DNA of 63,104 nucleotides, filler included, from Nemertoderma westbladi (GCA_032718475.1; 3 parts of 3 records of this genome joined end to end with filler, not necessarily neighbours in it), one strand, 5' to 3'. Counted from the first letter of the whole stretch, positions 46,801-60,673 are shown. The notes: generated by a model not told the origin, from the sequence alone. Program-made: numbers and translations.

Positions 46801-49800
46801 GTAATGACATAGGCCTACCGGTACGGTACTGCTGTACAGTGCTGCACTGGTAAGTACGAAATTGCAGAATAACAATTTGACACCACCTAGCGGATTAACA
46901 TATGATTGTATATCGAATGAATACATTTATAGCATGGGATATGGGGTCCAAACTAGACATGCCCCATTTGCTCTATATGAACCGTATGCCAAGGCTTGCC
47001 GACTACGTGCTGCGCGAAGTCCCCACGAACGTGTATTAGGTAGAGTGAGAAACCAGAAACATACATTATTTGTCTGTTGTCTGTCTGAAGGCCTTTGGCC
47101 GTTGTGCCTTTCTTCGCCAACGAAAAATGGGAACTAATAACGTTTGGTTTATCTCCGGGCTACCAGCCAACCTGTCCTACCTACCGCGACTAATGCACAG
47201 CATAGATGGTTGTGAGGATTATGAGAATTACTGTAACTTCTTAAGGCGGTTTCTGCCAGTTTCTTCCCAAATGTGTCGAGCTGCCCGCCTCTATTGCCGG
47301 TGTCAGGTCACCCAATAAATAAATGCATTACACAGGACCAACTTGTCAGCTTTTAGTAGCAAGCAAGCAAGAATATTATACACAATATAGAGCAATAATA
47401 GTGTAGAGTGTAGGATTAAATAAATAGGCCTGCATTATATTAATTATTGTAATTCAAAATAACATGAACATAACACATAACACATGCATTATAACACAGT
47501 TAACAGTTGTTTGTTAAGTAAACTTGACGCTGAAATTGGGAATCTAGAATAATTTTGGATGTCATGATTTATGATGCAGGAAGTCTTATATTATAATCTT
47601 TTATTGTTAGAATTACCAAATAGAAGGCAATTAGCCGTTTTACAGCTATACTAAAACTAAACACATTTCCGACATAGAAACTAGATAGAATCCACATAAT
47701 GCAGTTAATTGGCAGTGTTGCATGTCAAGTACTCATTAAACGCCTTTTCTTCACAACACCACACCACACCACACCACCCCCCCCCCCCCCCCCCCCGTCA
47801 GTTTACCAACACATTAATAAAATAAAATCGATAAAACCATTCGGAAGATTTATTATCGCTTATATCATGAAAACCGCTTAATTGTGTCATTTTTTATGCT
47901 GTATTTCGTTTTAATATAAAAGATAATTTAGTTTTAATTAAATAAATTAATTTAATAATTTTCTTAAGTTTCAAAATTTAAGGTTCTACTAATATAGTCC
48001 TTACTATCATAAAGTACGACATATATATATGCTGTAATAATATAAATGAATAAACACTACGCACACACGCATACTGAAAATAATTTACTGTTTGTGAACT
48101 AAAATTACAATAAATAAGAAAAATATTAATTGTTATACTGATTGTTGTAGGCCTATTTATAATAAATTATATTTACATATAATATACAGTAGGCCTACAT
48201 ATACCGGCAGTCGTTAGATATTTATTGACAATAGATAAATGATCTTCAAAGCGATCTGTATTTATTTATTTTAATAAGTACTTAGAACTTAGACAGATAT
48301 CTTAGACAGACTTACTAGATTGTTGGCATTAGCGGTAATTATAATGGTAATTTTATCAGCAATTTTAAATGTTCACAATATTTAGTCACTGTGATTTGAT
48401 GTCAGGTGTCCTTAATTCGAAAGCGTTTAACTACTGGATGAGGTTAATTGTTTTAACAATAATTAAAATATCTTGGAGTGTCATTCCAAACCACGTTCTC
48501 CTTTACAAAGCACATGTAAATCGATAACACAGTAACAGCTGTCCACCAATTAAGAAACCCTCCAACTTCTTTCTCTTACAAAGGCAATTAAATAATTTAG
48601 GATAAAAATTATGCGAATTTATCACATCTGGAATTCGACAAATATGGCCTTTCTTATCAGTATCACTAGCCTCACTTTATAGACAAAATTCAATCAACAT
48701 AAATTAAAAAGAGTTTTAGGAGTTCACAAAATTTTTTTAAAAGAATGTAAAAACAAAGGCTAATACATGCACTCTGCGATGTACAGTTTGCGAAAAAATG
48801 GTTTGGGCAAAAATTTGTTAGATTAATATTGCTGCACAACTACAGTGAGTGATGCACTGCCCACACATCAGAGATAATTATGCCATGCAGTGTGCGTTAT
48901 TACAGTAGTAGAAAGTTATTCATTGAGTGTTTGAGGCCTGACAGTTGTCTGTGTCTGCTGATCACAAGTCAAGTAAGTAGGTCAATGTATATTTTATTCA
49001 AATTACTTAATTTATACGGTGTACAACACTTCAAAATGCATTGGTATCCAGAAGCTACCGCCGTCTAGGCTGGTAGGCGAATCGCCCATGTAAGTTTCAC
49101 GAAATTATCACAATAAATTAAATAAAAATATAACGCCGTGCCGACCTAAACCAAAATGCAGAACCATCGCGTAGTGGAATCCTGAACATCCATTATATAC
49201 ATAAAGAAGCTGACTCAGTGACCAGTTAACCAGTTAACCACAAAAATCAATAATGGAATGACAGCTGACTATAAAGATTCAACAATCAACATTCATGTGA
49301 ATGTCAATGTATTTTCATTGATTGAATTTCAATTTAGGTTAGTCAAGGACATGACTCAGTTGCGTTCTAGTAAAGTAATTAATATCTGAATGTAATGTAC
49401 TGTACTTCGTACCGGTACTGTAAGCACATAACCCGTAGAACAATAGGCCTACCTACGCCTTTCCATCGGAATCAGCTGTTTTTACACAATTTAATTTGTT
49501 TTTTTCCTACAATATCACCCACCCTAACTCATCCTGTACAGTATGTTGTTTTAGTTCGCCCATCTGTATCTATTCAGCACCTTTTGCTAACCTGTAAAAC
49601 AAGCCGATTGAAAATCTACAGTAAACACCCGTGCATATAATGCGTATTTTTTGAAGTATATTTCCTGCGTATACATTTTTAATTTGTGTAAAATACGCAT
49701 TTTAAACTGTGAATTTTAGTAATCAAAATACCTCGCACTGCTTCACGGATTTCGTTATTATATGCCACATTACCATCAGGAAAAATATAAACATCCTTTC

Positions 49801-50301
49801 CATTGGAAAGAGACATCATTGGGTAAACCCAAAGGGAGTAAAGCGATGCTATTGGACGGTTCAGCTCCCCATCAATTCCTTTCTAACGCTCTTCGATTTT
49901 GAATGATTATTTGCACTGAAATTGAATGCTGATGGGCTAAAGGCGGTGGCTGGGAAAACAGTTGTTGGGAAGGTTACAATCAGTGTTTGTGTTGCAGCAG
50001 TTGCAGCTTAGTATTGCTGGATGGGGAAAGAAACATGCCAAAATAAATAACTTAATAATTGTTTTAACATCCATAATTTGAATATATATGTAATTTAAAT
50101 ACGGGTTTTGAGATTAGGATTTGGGAGGGAACAATAAAGCTCTACCGAATTTTTTGAATTTTATTTGTATTTTTTGCACTAGGACTAAGGACCCGTGATG
50201 GCCCAGAAATTCGGCAAACTTTCATAGATTATAACATAGAAATTGACTTTGAAATCAACATCAAGGTCGCATTGAGAATCAAGTTTACCTTCACTAAAAT
50301 T

Positions 50302-50507
50302 GGAGACCGGACAATTGCGACCCGGACAATTGCGACCCGGACAATTGCGACCCGGACAATTGCGACCCGGACAATTGCGACCCGGACAATTGCGACCCGG
50401 TCAATTGCGACCCATGATTTTAAAAAAAATTTATGGGTCGCAATTGACCGGGTCGCAATTGTCCGGGTCGCAATTGTCCGGGTCGCAATTGTCCGGGTCG
50501 CAATTGT
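50302..50507. repeat. Foldback: 7 direct and ~5 inverted copies of a 15-bp unit CGGACAATTGCGACC
   Basis: Arms face each other across a ~20-nt A/T spacer; right arm truncated; probably a MITE remnant. Confidence 0.9.
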
Positions 50508-53026
50508 GCTAACATCACTAAAATTGTCTTGAGTTTGAAATTTGAATAAAGCGGGAATCTCAAAGCAATACTTAGTCAAGTTGAAATTGAAACTTGAAAT
50601 TTCTTGAAAATCACCTTGGTAATTAACAGGTAACAGCATAACATTAAAATGCTACATCTACGGCATTTCTATACAGTATATGTGCGCAAATTAACAGCAA
50701 GTGGAAAAATTGATATCCAGCACACATTACGCGCGAGCAATACAGTTTCGACTATTGTTTTGGTTAGAAAACATCGCCTCTGTAAACTGCTCCTTTGTGC
50801 GCCCAAGTGATAGAATTGCTAATTTGCTATATATAGCCTACTGATCGTTCATCGGATATATGATATATAATAACAAGCTTTTAGTTGATCGCAAGAAGTT
50901 AATTTTATGATCATTCGAAAGATAACAAAATTACCATTTCCTTTGGCCTTTTGAATAGTGGCTGAGATAGCAGAACTTCAACAAAATTTTTTGCATAAAA
51001 TGGATGTTTGTGTCTCAGTTTTATAAAATAATTCACTAATGGGCAATTTAAGTATCGTCATCATTGTAGAGAATCATCATTAAATTCGAATGGTAAAATA
51101 AACCATCTTTTTGTTTATCAAACGACCAAACGACTTTATCTGGGTTTCGACGACAAAGTGTGTCTGCCTGCTTTGTTGGACATCGCGTCCGTATGTACAG
51201 TAAGCCTACTGCAGTACTGTGTGTGTGTAGACTCCGTTTCTGTGACTGTAAACCAGAATGCAGAGGGGGCGAGTGGGGTGTGGGGGAGGGGGGAGTTATG
51301 GAGTTACAGAAGTCTCATTTGCTTTTAAGTCCCATGAATAATGAATAATGTCCCCTATTGCGAACTTTAGGTCCTCTTTAAACGAATTTAGGTCCCCAGC
51401 ATGTGAATTTAGGTCCCCAAATTATTGTTGTTACATCACGGCAAAAGTTATGATCATAATGATTAAAGACCGGTCACTATAGAATATTAATATTAAATCG
51501 AGCCCAACATTACATGGTATTGGCTGAATAGGGTTGATGCGCGAAAAATTGTTGGGCTAGAAACAATCGAATAAGGGGTAACAAGGGGCCCAAAATCGAG
51601 TGGCGGGGTGTGTTTTTGTAAACGGTCGAAATGGTGGGTTTAAGTAAGCCTGGGAAGCCAATTTTGAAAATCTGCTGTGATTGGCTGCTACACATTTGAC
51701 GTCACTACGCAGAGCTCTGATAATAATTTCTTATATTGGATTCTATGGTGGGTGATTTTAGATCCATTCAAATACACACACTTAATGTCAATTATTTCAC
51801 ACGTGGCTTATATCAATTGATATATGGCGTGTCTTTTGACACTACAATTAATGAAATTCATGGTGATGAACATTGATAAAATGAATCTTTTCACAATTAT
51901 AAACTAGCAGATTGCCTGACCAGTATGCAACTAGTACTGAACCACTCAGCCCTATCCACCTATTTATTGCATTACAGTATCGGCTGGTTAAAAAGCAACT
52001 GCTAAACAACTCTAAGATTACACCGACACATGTTGTAATGATGGGTATGGGAGCTTAAAACGCGAAACAAAAAAGTAATTAGGATTTAAACGCCCACTCG
52101 AACACAATATTGTACTGAAGTAACAGCATTCGAATTTGCAACGATTGTGTTTTTCTCAGAGCTGCATGCGGAATAAACGCACACGTTTTGCCTTTGATGT
52201 TGATAATTAGGAGATTATTTGTTGATATATTTCGATATCTGATCGCGTTGGGAATTCATAAAGCCCCGTAACAATAGCGTAATAAAGACATCTTCCATGA
52301 ACTATTGTTGTTGTAGTTTTAACCTACAATTGGAATTGAAGCTAAATAATAACATTAAAAGTGAATTGTATAATATTTTTGTGCCATATATGTAGGTAGA
52401 TTGGTGTTATAATGTCCTACTATGCACACCGGGTTTTCTGTGATTAAAATATAATTATGTAATATATCAATGGATTTAATGTTTAGCTGGAAGAACATAG
52501 GGGAGCTTGCTCTTAGGATATCCATGATATTATATGTCGGCTTATATTTCCGCATTTTTTATAATTCAACAAACATTTATATACAAATCTTTATTTTATG
52601 TTAATTTTAACATATCACATTTTATAATTAGCTGACCTCCCCATTTTCGTCGGACAGTTCCTGCGAAGATTGCTCGCGGGCGAAGTTTGCTGCGTCCCCT
52701 ATAAACTAGTGCGACTATGTCTGTGCGACAGAACACCTGTGTCATCAGCAAAGTCGAAATCAACAACATATTTCAATGGTGAACGACTTTGTCATAATTG
52801 TGGAAACAGGGGGAGGGGGGAGGAACTGGACGCAAATCCCATCTTAGTGAATTAATATCCTGCCTCGATGTTAAATTCTCAATTTATGGAAAGGAGCAGA
52901 TTACAATGGCACTTTATTTTAACCAAAACAATAAATTAAACACAATAGAACAGGTTACAGTTATATTTTTGAGAGTAATCAACTGTTACTTGCGTCCAAT
53001 TACCCTGAAGAGGGATGCATTTTTAT

Positions 53027-55154
53027 GCTGGCTTCACTTGGCGCTAATGCAGTATGTCTGCACTATGGCTGGCTTCCCTTAGACCACACGCTGATGCAGT
53101 ATGCCTGCGCTGCGGGAGTCCATGCTGGGCTCTAACTGCTGAGGACACCAAATCTCTGGATGGCACATTCACAAGAATGCTACGCCGGGTACATTGTGTC
53201 AAGTACAATGCACACATCTCCAACCAGACACTATATAACATTGGAGGTGTCTCATTGGTTCCCCCAAGCTTGACACTAGAACAAAATCGCCTCCGCTTTG
53301 CAGGACATTGCTTTCGCCGTGAGGACCAGCCAGTGCATAATCTTGTACTTTGGCAGCCTCATGGAGTGAATAAGCATGGTGGACAGCCCATGACTTTCTT
53401 GAGACGCATCTTAAAGGACACTGGCCTTAAAGATGCGGATGATCTAGCAAATGTCATGGGTGATAGGGAGTTGTGGCGGTGCAATTTTGTTGACAAGCCG
53501 GCACAGCATTCTTAAAAATGCAGCTGCAATGCAGCATGCCGATCCTAGTATGCCTGCGCTATGGCTGGCTTCCCTTGATCGGGTTCTGATTGTGTGCTAC
53601 TCTTCAACTAGTGTTGCCCCTGTAGAGGAGGTGGAGAATTTCTGTAATGCCTGTAATGACTGTAATGCATTTACACTTCGACCCTTCTCCAGTGATCACC
53701 GCCTTATTGTGGCCAAGGTAAGACTTAGTCTGCGTGCTAGCAGAACAACGAAATCTGCGTTGCCGCGGCATGACTGGTCCTCTCTGTTGCAACAGCCAAG
53801 TGTGAAATCCAGCTTCACACTACAGCTGAGCAACAGGTATGAGGTTCAGTTAAGTTAGCAGCTGCAGAAACAGTTCCTGTATACCCTCGAAATAGGAAAA
53901 GGGCCCCCTGGACTGACAACAAAATTCAGAAGTGCCAAAATGACCTCTATAAGGCGCAGAAAGAGTCCCGACTCAAACACACTACAGCTGCCAAGAATGT
54001 AGTTAAGACTGCCTGAACAGGCAGTACTCTGTTAATCTACAGGAGCTAATAAACCAACAGGTTGATGCCATCAATGATGCTGTCGACAGCAGGCAATCAT
54101 CCCAGGCATGGAAATCGATCAACTTGCTTACGGGGCGGAAAAGCCAACCAACCACCAAGGTTAAGGCTGAATCACCAGCCGATCGCCTCAATGGTTGGAA
54201 GACCTACTTTGAAAAGCTCCTCAATAATGACAGGGTATTGCCTAAAACTTTATAGAAGTAAAAGTGTCGGAGTCTGTACTCCCAGATATTCCCATTGGCG
54301 ATATCTCATTTGCAGAAGTGAAGGCTGCTACAAAGAGCATTAAGACCAATCGTGCCAGTGGAGTAGATGGTGTTCCCCCTGAGGTCTTTAAAATACCTGA
54401 GTGTTTAAAGCTCATCTATCCCATCATAGTAGACATGTACCGAACAACAAAAGTACCACAAGAAATGAAAACAAATAAGTTGGTGCCAGTTCCCAAGAAG
54501 GGCAATCTAACACTCTATGGTTCTTTTCGGGGAATCTCATTGATCTCGATTGCTGCAAAGCTATACAATAGTATTCTATTAAATCGCATCAGGGATCCCA
54601 TTGAGAGACTGCTCCGTGGAAATCAGAATGGGTTCCGTAAAGGTCGTGGGACCATGGAGCCCATTTTGGCACTTAGAAGGATAATTGAAGAGTTATCAAA
54701 AAAGAAAGACAGGCATCTGGCTGTTATCTTTGTTGACTTCTTCAAGGCCTTTGATTCAGTCTCTCGCTCACGTATGTTCAGCATACTTTCATTATATGGG
54801 ATTCCTGATGAAATTATTGCAGCAATCAGATCAGTATACGATGGTTCGACAACATTTGTGTCTACTGTTGACGGTGACACAGAACCATTTGAAGTGTTAT
54901 GGGGCGTCCTCCAGGGAGACACACTTGCACCATTCTTGTTCATAATTGTTGTTGACTATGTTCTACGCATGTCCTTAGATCATCATAATGATGATGGGGT
55001 GATGATAACTCCACCTACTGGCTCCAGAAGTCGAGGAAATCCTGCCAAGTACCTAGCTGATCTAGACTTTGCTGATGACTTAGGAGTACTCTCAGAATCA
55101 CTAGAGGGAGCCCAACGGCTCCTCAGCTCATTAGAACATGCTGCTTCTAGTGTT
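53027..55154 (+). mobile_element. RTE-clade LINE fragments: a 3' end followed by an endonuclease remnant and truncated RT
   Basis: 53115-53515 C-terminus (GSPCWALT..LDGTFTRMLRR..RLRFAGHCFR); SDHRLIVAKV at ~53690; RT 54264-55157 with FRGISLISIAAKLYN, NQNGFRKGR, FVDFFKAFDSV, GVLQGDTLAPFLF, DLDFADD. Confidence 0.9.
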
Positions 55155-55458
55155 TAAACAGTATACCAGTATAAATTTACAGTATATAGTATAAACAGTA
55201 TATTAATATCCTATAATTGATATTTATATTTACTCGTAATTTGTAACCATTGACCTGAATTAGCAACAAATACTTCTTGCAAAACTTCGGGTAATGTAAT
55301 TGAATGGTGTAACCTTTGACTCGCCTATGCTAATTTTCAACTCTTATTTTGTAACCTTTGACATGCCATTTTCGAAAGAGAAATTTTGTAACATTTAACA
55401 CGTTGTAACATTTGACTCTTTGTAACCTTAGACGCGGAATCGTTCTCAATTATTATAA

Positions 55459-55558
55459 NNNNNNNNNNNNNNNNNNNNNNNNNNNNNNNNNNNNNNNNNN
55501 NNTTAATTAATTAANNNNNNNNNNNNNNNNNNNNNNNNNNNNNNNNNNNNNNNNNNNN
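55459..55558. other. Assembly gap with artificial TTAATTAATTAA linker
   Basis: 100-nt N block with central linker. Confidence 0.97.
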
Positions 55559-58500
55559 TACAAATAGAGTTACAAATATTGACTTGAAATTCATAGACTT
55601 TTTTCTAAGTCCGTTGCCATGGAAACCAGATTTTTCCTGGATATGAGACCCATCCCACACGACGCGCCTTGATGAGTTGTATATACATGCAAAATTTCAG
55701 GGTACTTTTAAAGGCTAGTTTTTTCACCTATCAAAAAACACTAAATCTGCTCCATACAAGTAAAACAGCCCACTATGAATAGACCATCTCAGCTAAGGAA
55801 AATCTTTCTTAGCGAAAGTAGTTGATTTTCCTCAGCTTCGTGGATGTGTTATCTGAACCACAATCTGTACTGAATCTTTTTTCAAAGGTTAAAACAACAG
55901 TTCCACAGAACTCTAGTTTCCATGGGAATAGAAGTTAATTATTGTCAAATGCTACTAAACTAGGCTAAGCAACGAACCAAAGTGTGGCCGTTTGTTTAAT
56001 TTTCCTTAGCTTCGTGGTTGCATTTCCTTTAGGAAATGCCTTTCTAGTATAACTAATTACGCATCCAATTTAAATTGTCGCATTTTTCAGTTTCCATGAC
56101 AACCACTACAAACAGACGTTTTAACAATTAAATCCTTTGTTTTACACATTAACTACTCAATCCACGAAGCTAAGGAAAATCAACTACTTTCGCTAAGAAA
56201 GATTTTCCTTAGCTGAGATGGTCTATTCATAGTGGGCTATTTTACTTGTGTGAGGCAGATTTAGTGTTTTTTGGTCGGGGAAAAAACTAGCCTTTAAAAG
56301 TACCCTGAAATTTTGCATGTATATACAACTCATCAAGGCGCGTCGTGTGGGATGGGTCTCATCTCCAGGAAAAATCTGGTTTCCATGGCAACGGACTTAG
56401 AAAAAAGTCTATGTATTTCAAGTCAATATTTGTAACTCTATTTGTAGGAAAACTATAATACATATAAACTTGGGGTTTCTCAACACAACTATAAGGTCCA
56501 TAGCAGAGCCGATTGAGGTTAAATAGAAAATCCAGTTACCTTGGCAACCGGGCTAAACAGATGTTAAAATTTTTAAAATGTTAATTTGAAGCCTAAGGTT
56601 AAGGTGTGATGACTTGGGACCAATCCCTACCCCCACTATATAACTTATTCTGCGTCCGAATTTGATTGTTCTATTTTGCAGTTACCTTGACAACCGCTGA
56701 AAACAGATGTTTTTATACGAAAATTATTCATTTGTACATAGACTTCACGATAAAATTTTACGAAACTAGGTATGTGTTATCTGGACCACTAGTTGGAACT
56801 TTTAGTGAAACTCAAAACATTCCAGAAATATCTAGTTACCATGGTAACTGTAGTTTTTTTAAAGTTATATATCATTCAAGTCTATAATCATAACTCTATT
56901 TGGAGAAAAACTGTAATATATATAAACTTGGGGTTTTGCAACTCATCTATAAGGTCCATATCCAAGCCGTTTGAGGTTAATTAGAAAATACAGTTACCAT
57001 AGCAACAAGAGTAAACAGATGTTAAAATTAATAAAATGATAATTTGAAGCACAATTTAATAGTATTATGACTTGGGACCAACACCTACCCCCACTATATG
57101 ACTTATTCTGCATCCGAATTACATTGTTCTATTTTTCAGTTTCCATGACAACCACTGCAAACAGATGCATTTTGATAGAAAATCTGTAATTTGGACATAA
57201 ACTACAATATTTTCTGAAACTCGATGTGTTATCTGAAAAACAATCTGGACTGAATCTTTTTTCAAAGGTAAAACCAACAGTTCCAGAGAACTCTAGTTTC
57301 CATGGGAATAGAAGTTATTTATTGGCAAATGCTACTAAACTAGGCTAAGCAACGAACCAAATTGTGGCCGTTTGTTTAATTTTCCTTAGCTTCGTGGTTG
57401 CATTTCCTTTAGGAAATGCCTTTCTAGTGAAACTGAATTGAAGTATGTGTCCACGAAGCTAAGGAAAATCAACTACTTTCGCTAAGAAAGATTTTCCTTA
57501 GCTGAGATGGTCTATTCATAGTGGGCTATTTTACTTGTGTGAGGCAGATTTAGTGTTTTTTAAGTCCAGCAAAAACTAGCCTTTAAAAGTACCCTGAAAT
57601 TTTGCATGTATATACTACTCATCAAGGCGCGTCGTGTGAGATGGGTCTCATATCCAGGAAAAATCTGGTTTCCATGGCAACGGACTTAGCATAAAGTCTA
57701 TGTATTTCAAGTCAATATTTATAACTCTACTTGTAGGAAAACTATAATATATATAAACTTGGGGTTTCTCAACACAACTAAAAGGTCCATAGCAGAGCCG
57801 ATTGAGGTTAAATAGAAAATCCAGTTACCTTGGCAACAGAGATAAACAGATGTTAAAGTTTATAAAATGTTAATTTGAGGCCTAAGGGCAAGGTGTTATG
57901 ACTTGGGACTAACCCCTACCCCCACTATATAACTTATTCTGTGTCCAAATTTCATTGTTCTAGTTTTTAGTTACCATAACAACCCTGAAAACAGATGTTT
58001 TTACACAAAAATTACTCATTTGGACATAGACTTTGCAATGAAATTTTACGAAACTGGGTATGTGTTATCTGGACCACTAGTTGGAACTTTTAGTGAAACT
58101 TAAATTATTCCAGAAATATATAGTTACCATGGTAACTGTAGTTTATTCAAGTCTATATTCATAACTCTATTTGTAGCAGAACTATAATATATATAAACGT
58201 GGGGTTTTGCAACTCATATAAGGTCCATATCCAAGCCGTTTGAGGTTAATTATAAAAGCCAGTTACCCTAGCAACAAGACTAAACAGATGTTAAAATTTA
58301 TAAAATGATAATTTGAAGCACAAGTTAATAGTATTATGACTTGGGACTAACCCCTACCCCCACTATATGACTTATTCTGCATCCGAATTACATTGTTCTA
58401 TTTTTCAGTTTCCATGACAACCACTGCAAACAGATGCATTTTATAGAAAATCGGTAATTTGGACAAAAACTACAATATTTTCTGAAACTCAGTATATGTG

Positions 58501-58700
58501 TTATCTGAACCACAATCTGTACTGAATTTTTTTTCAAAGGTTAAAGCAACAGTTCCAGAGAACTCTAGTTTCCATGGGAATAGAAGTTAATTATTGACAA
58601 TTGCTACTAAACGAGGCTAAGCAACGAACCAAAGTGTGGCCGTTTGTTTAATTTTCCTTAGCTTCGTGGTTGCATTTCCTTTAGGAAATGCCTTTCTCGT
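55559..58700 (+). mobile_element. Cluster of non-autonomous Helentron/Helitron-like elements: full copies ~56161-57428 and ~57450-58700, inverted 5' piece 55559-55843, 3' piece ~55845-56048
   Basis: 5' CCACGAAGCTAAGGAAAAT and its inverse ATTTTCCTTAGCTTCGTGG near the 3' end (sub-TIRs), then hairpin GCATTTCC-TTTA-GGAAATGC and terminal CTAGT/CTCGT; internal ~150-bp subrepeats. Confidence 0.72.
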
Positions 58701-58974
58701 AAATATAGATGAATTCCGATAATATATTAGCGAATGTGTTACATACAATTAATTTTAAAGGCTTGATGGATGTAGTTTATCTTTTTATTTTAACATTTTT
58801 TTTTACAATTAAATGTATTTGAACCTTGAAGAAGTATTTAAAACTATTTTTAAACAATAATTGTAATGGTTTTCTTTCGCTATGTCAATCTTCTGGTGGG
58901 GACGGGGTGCGCGGGAGGTGGGTAAAATACTTTTGATGTCTAGAGGAGACCAGAATAGCTACTTGATATGATTG

Positions 58975-59572
58975 CTTTCATGTACCGCTATTTTATATGA
59001 CCGCTTTCGACGTGTACCGCTACTTTATGACTGCTTTTGTGGACCGCCACTTTATGAGACTGCTTTCATGTACCGGTAGTTTACATGACTGCCTTCCTGT
59101 GATGTTCCTGCTGCTTTATATGACTGCTATCATAAACCGTCTCTTTATGTAAGTAACTGCCTTCAAGTACCGCTACTTTATATGACTGCTTTCGTGTACG
59201 CTACTTTATATGACTGCTTTCGTGTACCACTACTTTATATAACTGGATTCGTGTACCGCTACTTTATATGACTGCTATCGTGTACCGCTAATTTATATGA
59301 CTATATGCGCGTACCACTACTTTATATGACTGCTTTCGTGTACCGCTACTTTATACGACTGCTTTCGTGTACCGCTACGTTATATGACTGCTCTCGTGTA
59401 CCGCTACTTTATATGACTGCTTTCGTGTATCGCTAATTTATATGAATACCTTCGTGTACCGCTACTTTATGACGGCTTCCATGTACCGCTAATTTATGGA
59501 AGCCGTCATAAAGTAGCGGTACACGAAGGTATTCAAATAAATTAGCGATACACGAAAACAGTCATATAAAGT
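58975..59572. repeat. 29-bp tandem array ending in a ~77-bp-arm foldback
   Basis: Unit TGTACCGCTACTTTATATGACTGCTTTCG; 59406-59482 is inverted at 59496-59572. Confidence 0.92.
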
Positions 59573-59593
59573 TAATATATATAATTATCTAAC

Positions 59594-60673
59594 CTTCAAC
59601 CCCAGAGTTACCCGTGTTAGTCCCCCCATATCCCCCGCCATATGCTTCCCCTTCCAGACCCGCCCTTGAGTCTTGCCCCCGCCAGTGGCTCCCATCTTCC
59701 GGTGGTGTTTCGTGGCCCCGTGAGTGGCGGGACCTCCAGACATTCCCCATCGCTTCATAACCCCCTGGAATCCCCTATACATCGTCACACCGCTCACGTC
59801 TATATACTGGGAGACTTTAAAATGGCGACAATCTAGATGAGTTCCAACCGGAACTAAGCCTCTGTCATCCACGGCCCAGCGCCCCAACACCAGTTTGGGG
59901 GCAACGCCAACCCCCTCGTAGAATCGAACCCGCGCTTCCGGTATCAGTTGTGGTTTAACGTTCCCGGCCCCGATGTAAACCTCGTTGCTCCGAGTTTCCG
60001 CGTGGCGTTTGTGCCACGAATCCGCGGTGTTTTCGTACCGAATAACTCGCACTATTTGCTGCTCAGGAATCTGGTAGGCGGTGCATTGGAACCCCTTACC
60101 GTTACAGTCGAACTGCCGTAACATTCCCAACTTAATCGCGAATAAACCAAACCTCTTGGATTCCCGATCTATGAACTCCTTGGTCTCTATGTCTACGGGT
60201 CGCCGCAACCAGGATTGCGTTCTCACTCGCGAGTTATCCGACCAGTATCGCTTTAGGAAGTCGACGTTACTCGCGGATATATGGCTGTATTCCGGGTCGT
60301 AGAGGTGCTGAGGGATGTCCATCGGTTTATACGGGGTGGGTTCGTGGAATTTGTGATGGTCCCGTTGGGTGTTAGTTAGTTCGGGGAAGTAGTAGATATG
60401 GGCGCCCGATGGGTCGTCGCTAATCTTCTCTGGTCGGTTTCGGGTTGCGTCTGGTACCGGTACGAGTGTTCGTGTCTCGGATACTTGTATCTCTTCATTC
60501 TCCTCGGTTACCATGGTTACCAGTTTACTATTGTCGGGTGATCCGATTGTTGAATCGCTAAATCGCGCGATTGAATATCCGTATAAATTTATGACGTCAC
60601 AGCATCGCGTTTGCTCTCGGATACCTGTACGACGGAATCGTCCACCTAAAATTCGTCTACACAATAACGCCAT
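59594..60673 (-). CDS. MRPL3: Mitochondrial ribosomal protein uL3m, large first exon (C-terminal exon not located)
   Basis: Arg-rich presequence-like MALLCRRILGGRFRR; GLFAIKLGM; HFKVSQYIDVSGVT..RGFQGVMKRWGMSGGPATHG.TKHHR..G; GRVWKGKHMAGDMG; possible donor AAG/gttaga after GLK. Confidence 0.9.

Noticed and set aside
43200-52800. Scattered 60-95 aa ORFs and poly-G/poly-C runs
   Set aside because: AT-rich intergenic and repeat-derived sequence with no recognisable domains; homopolymers are parts of repeats.
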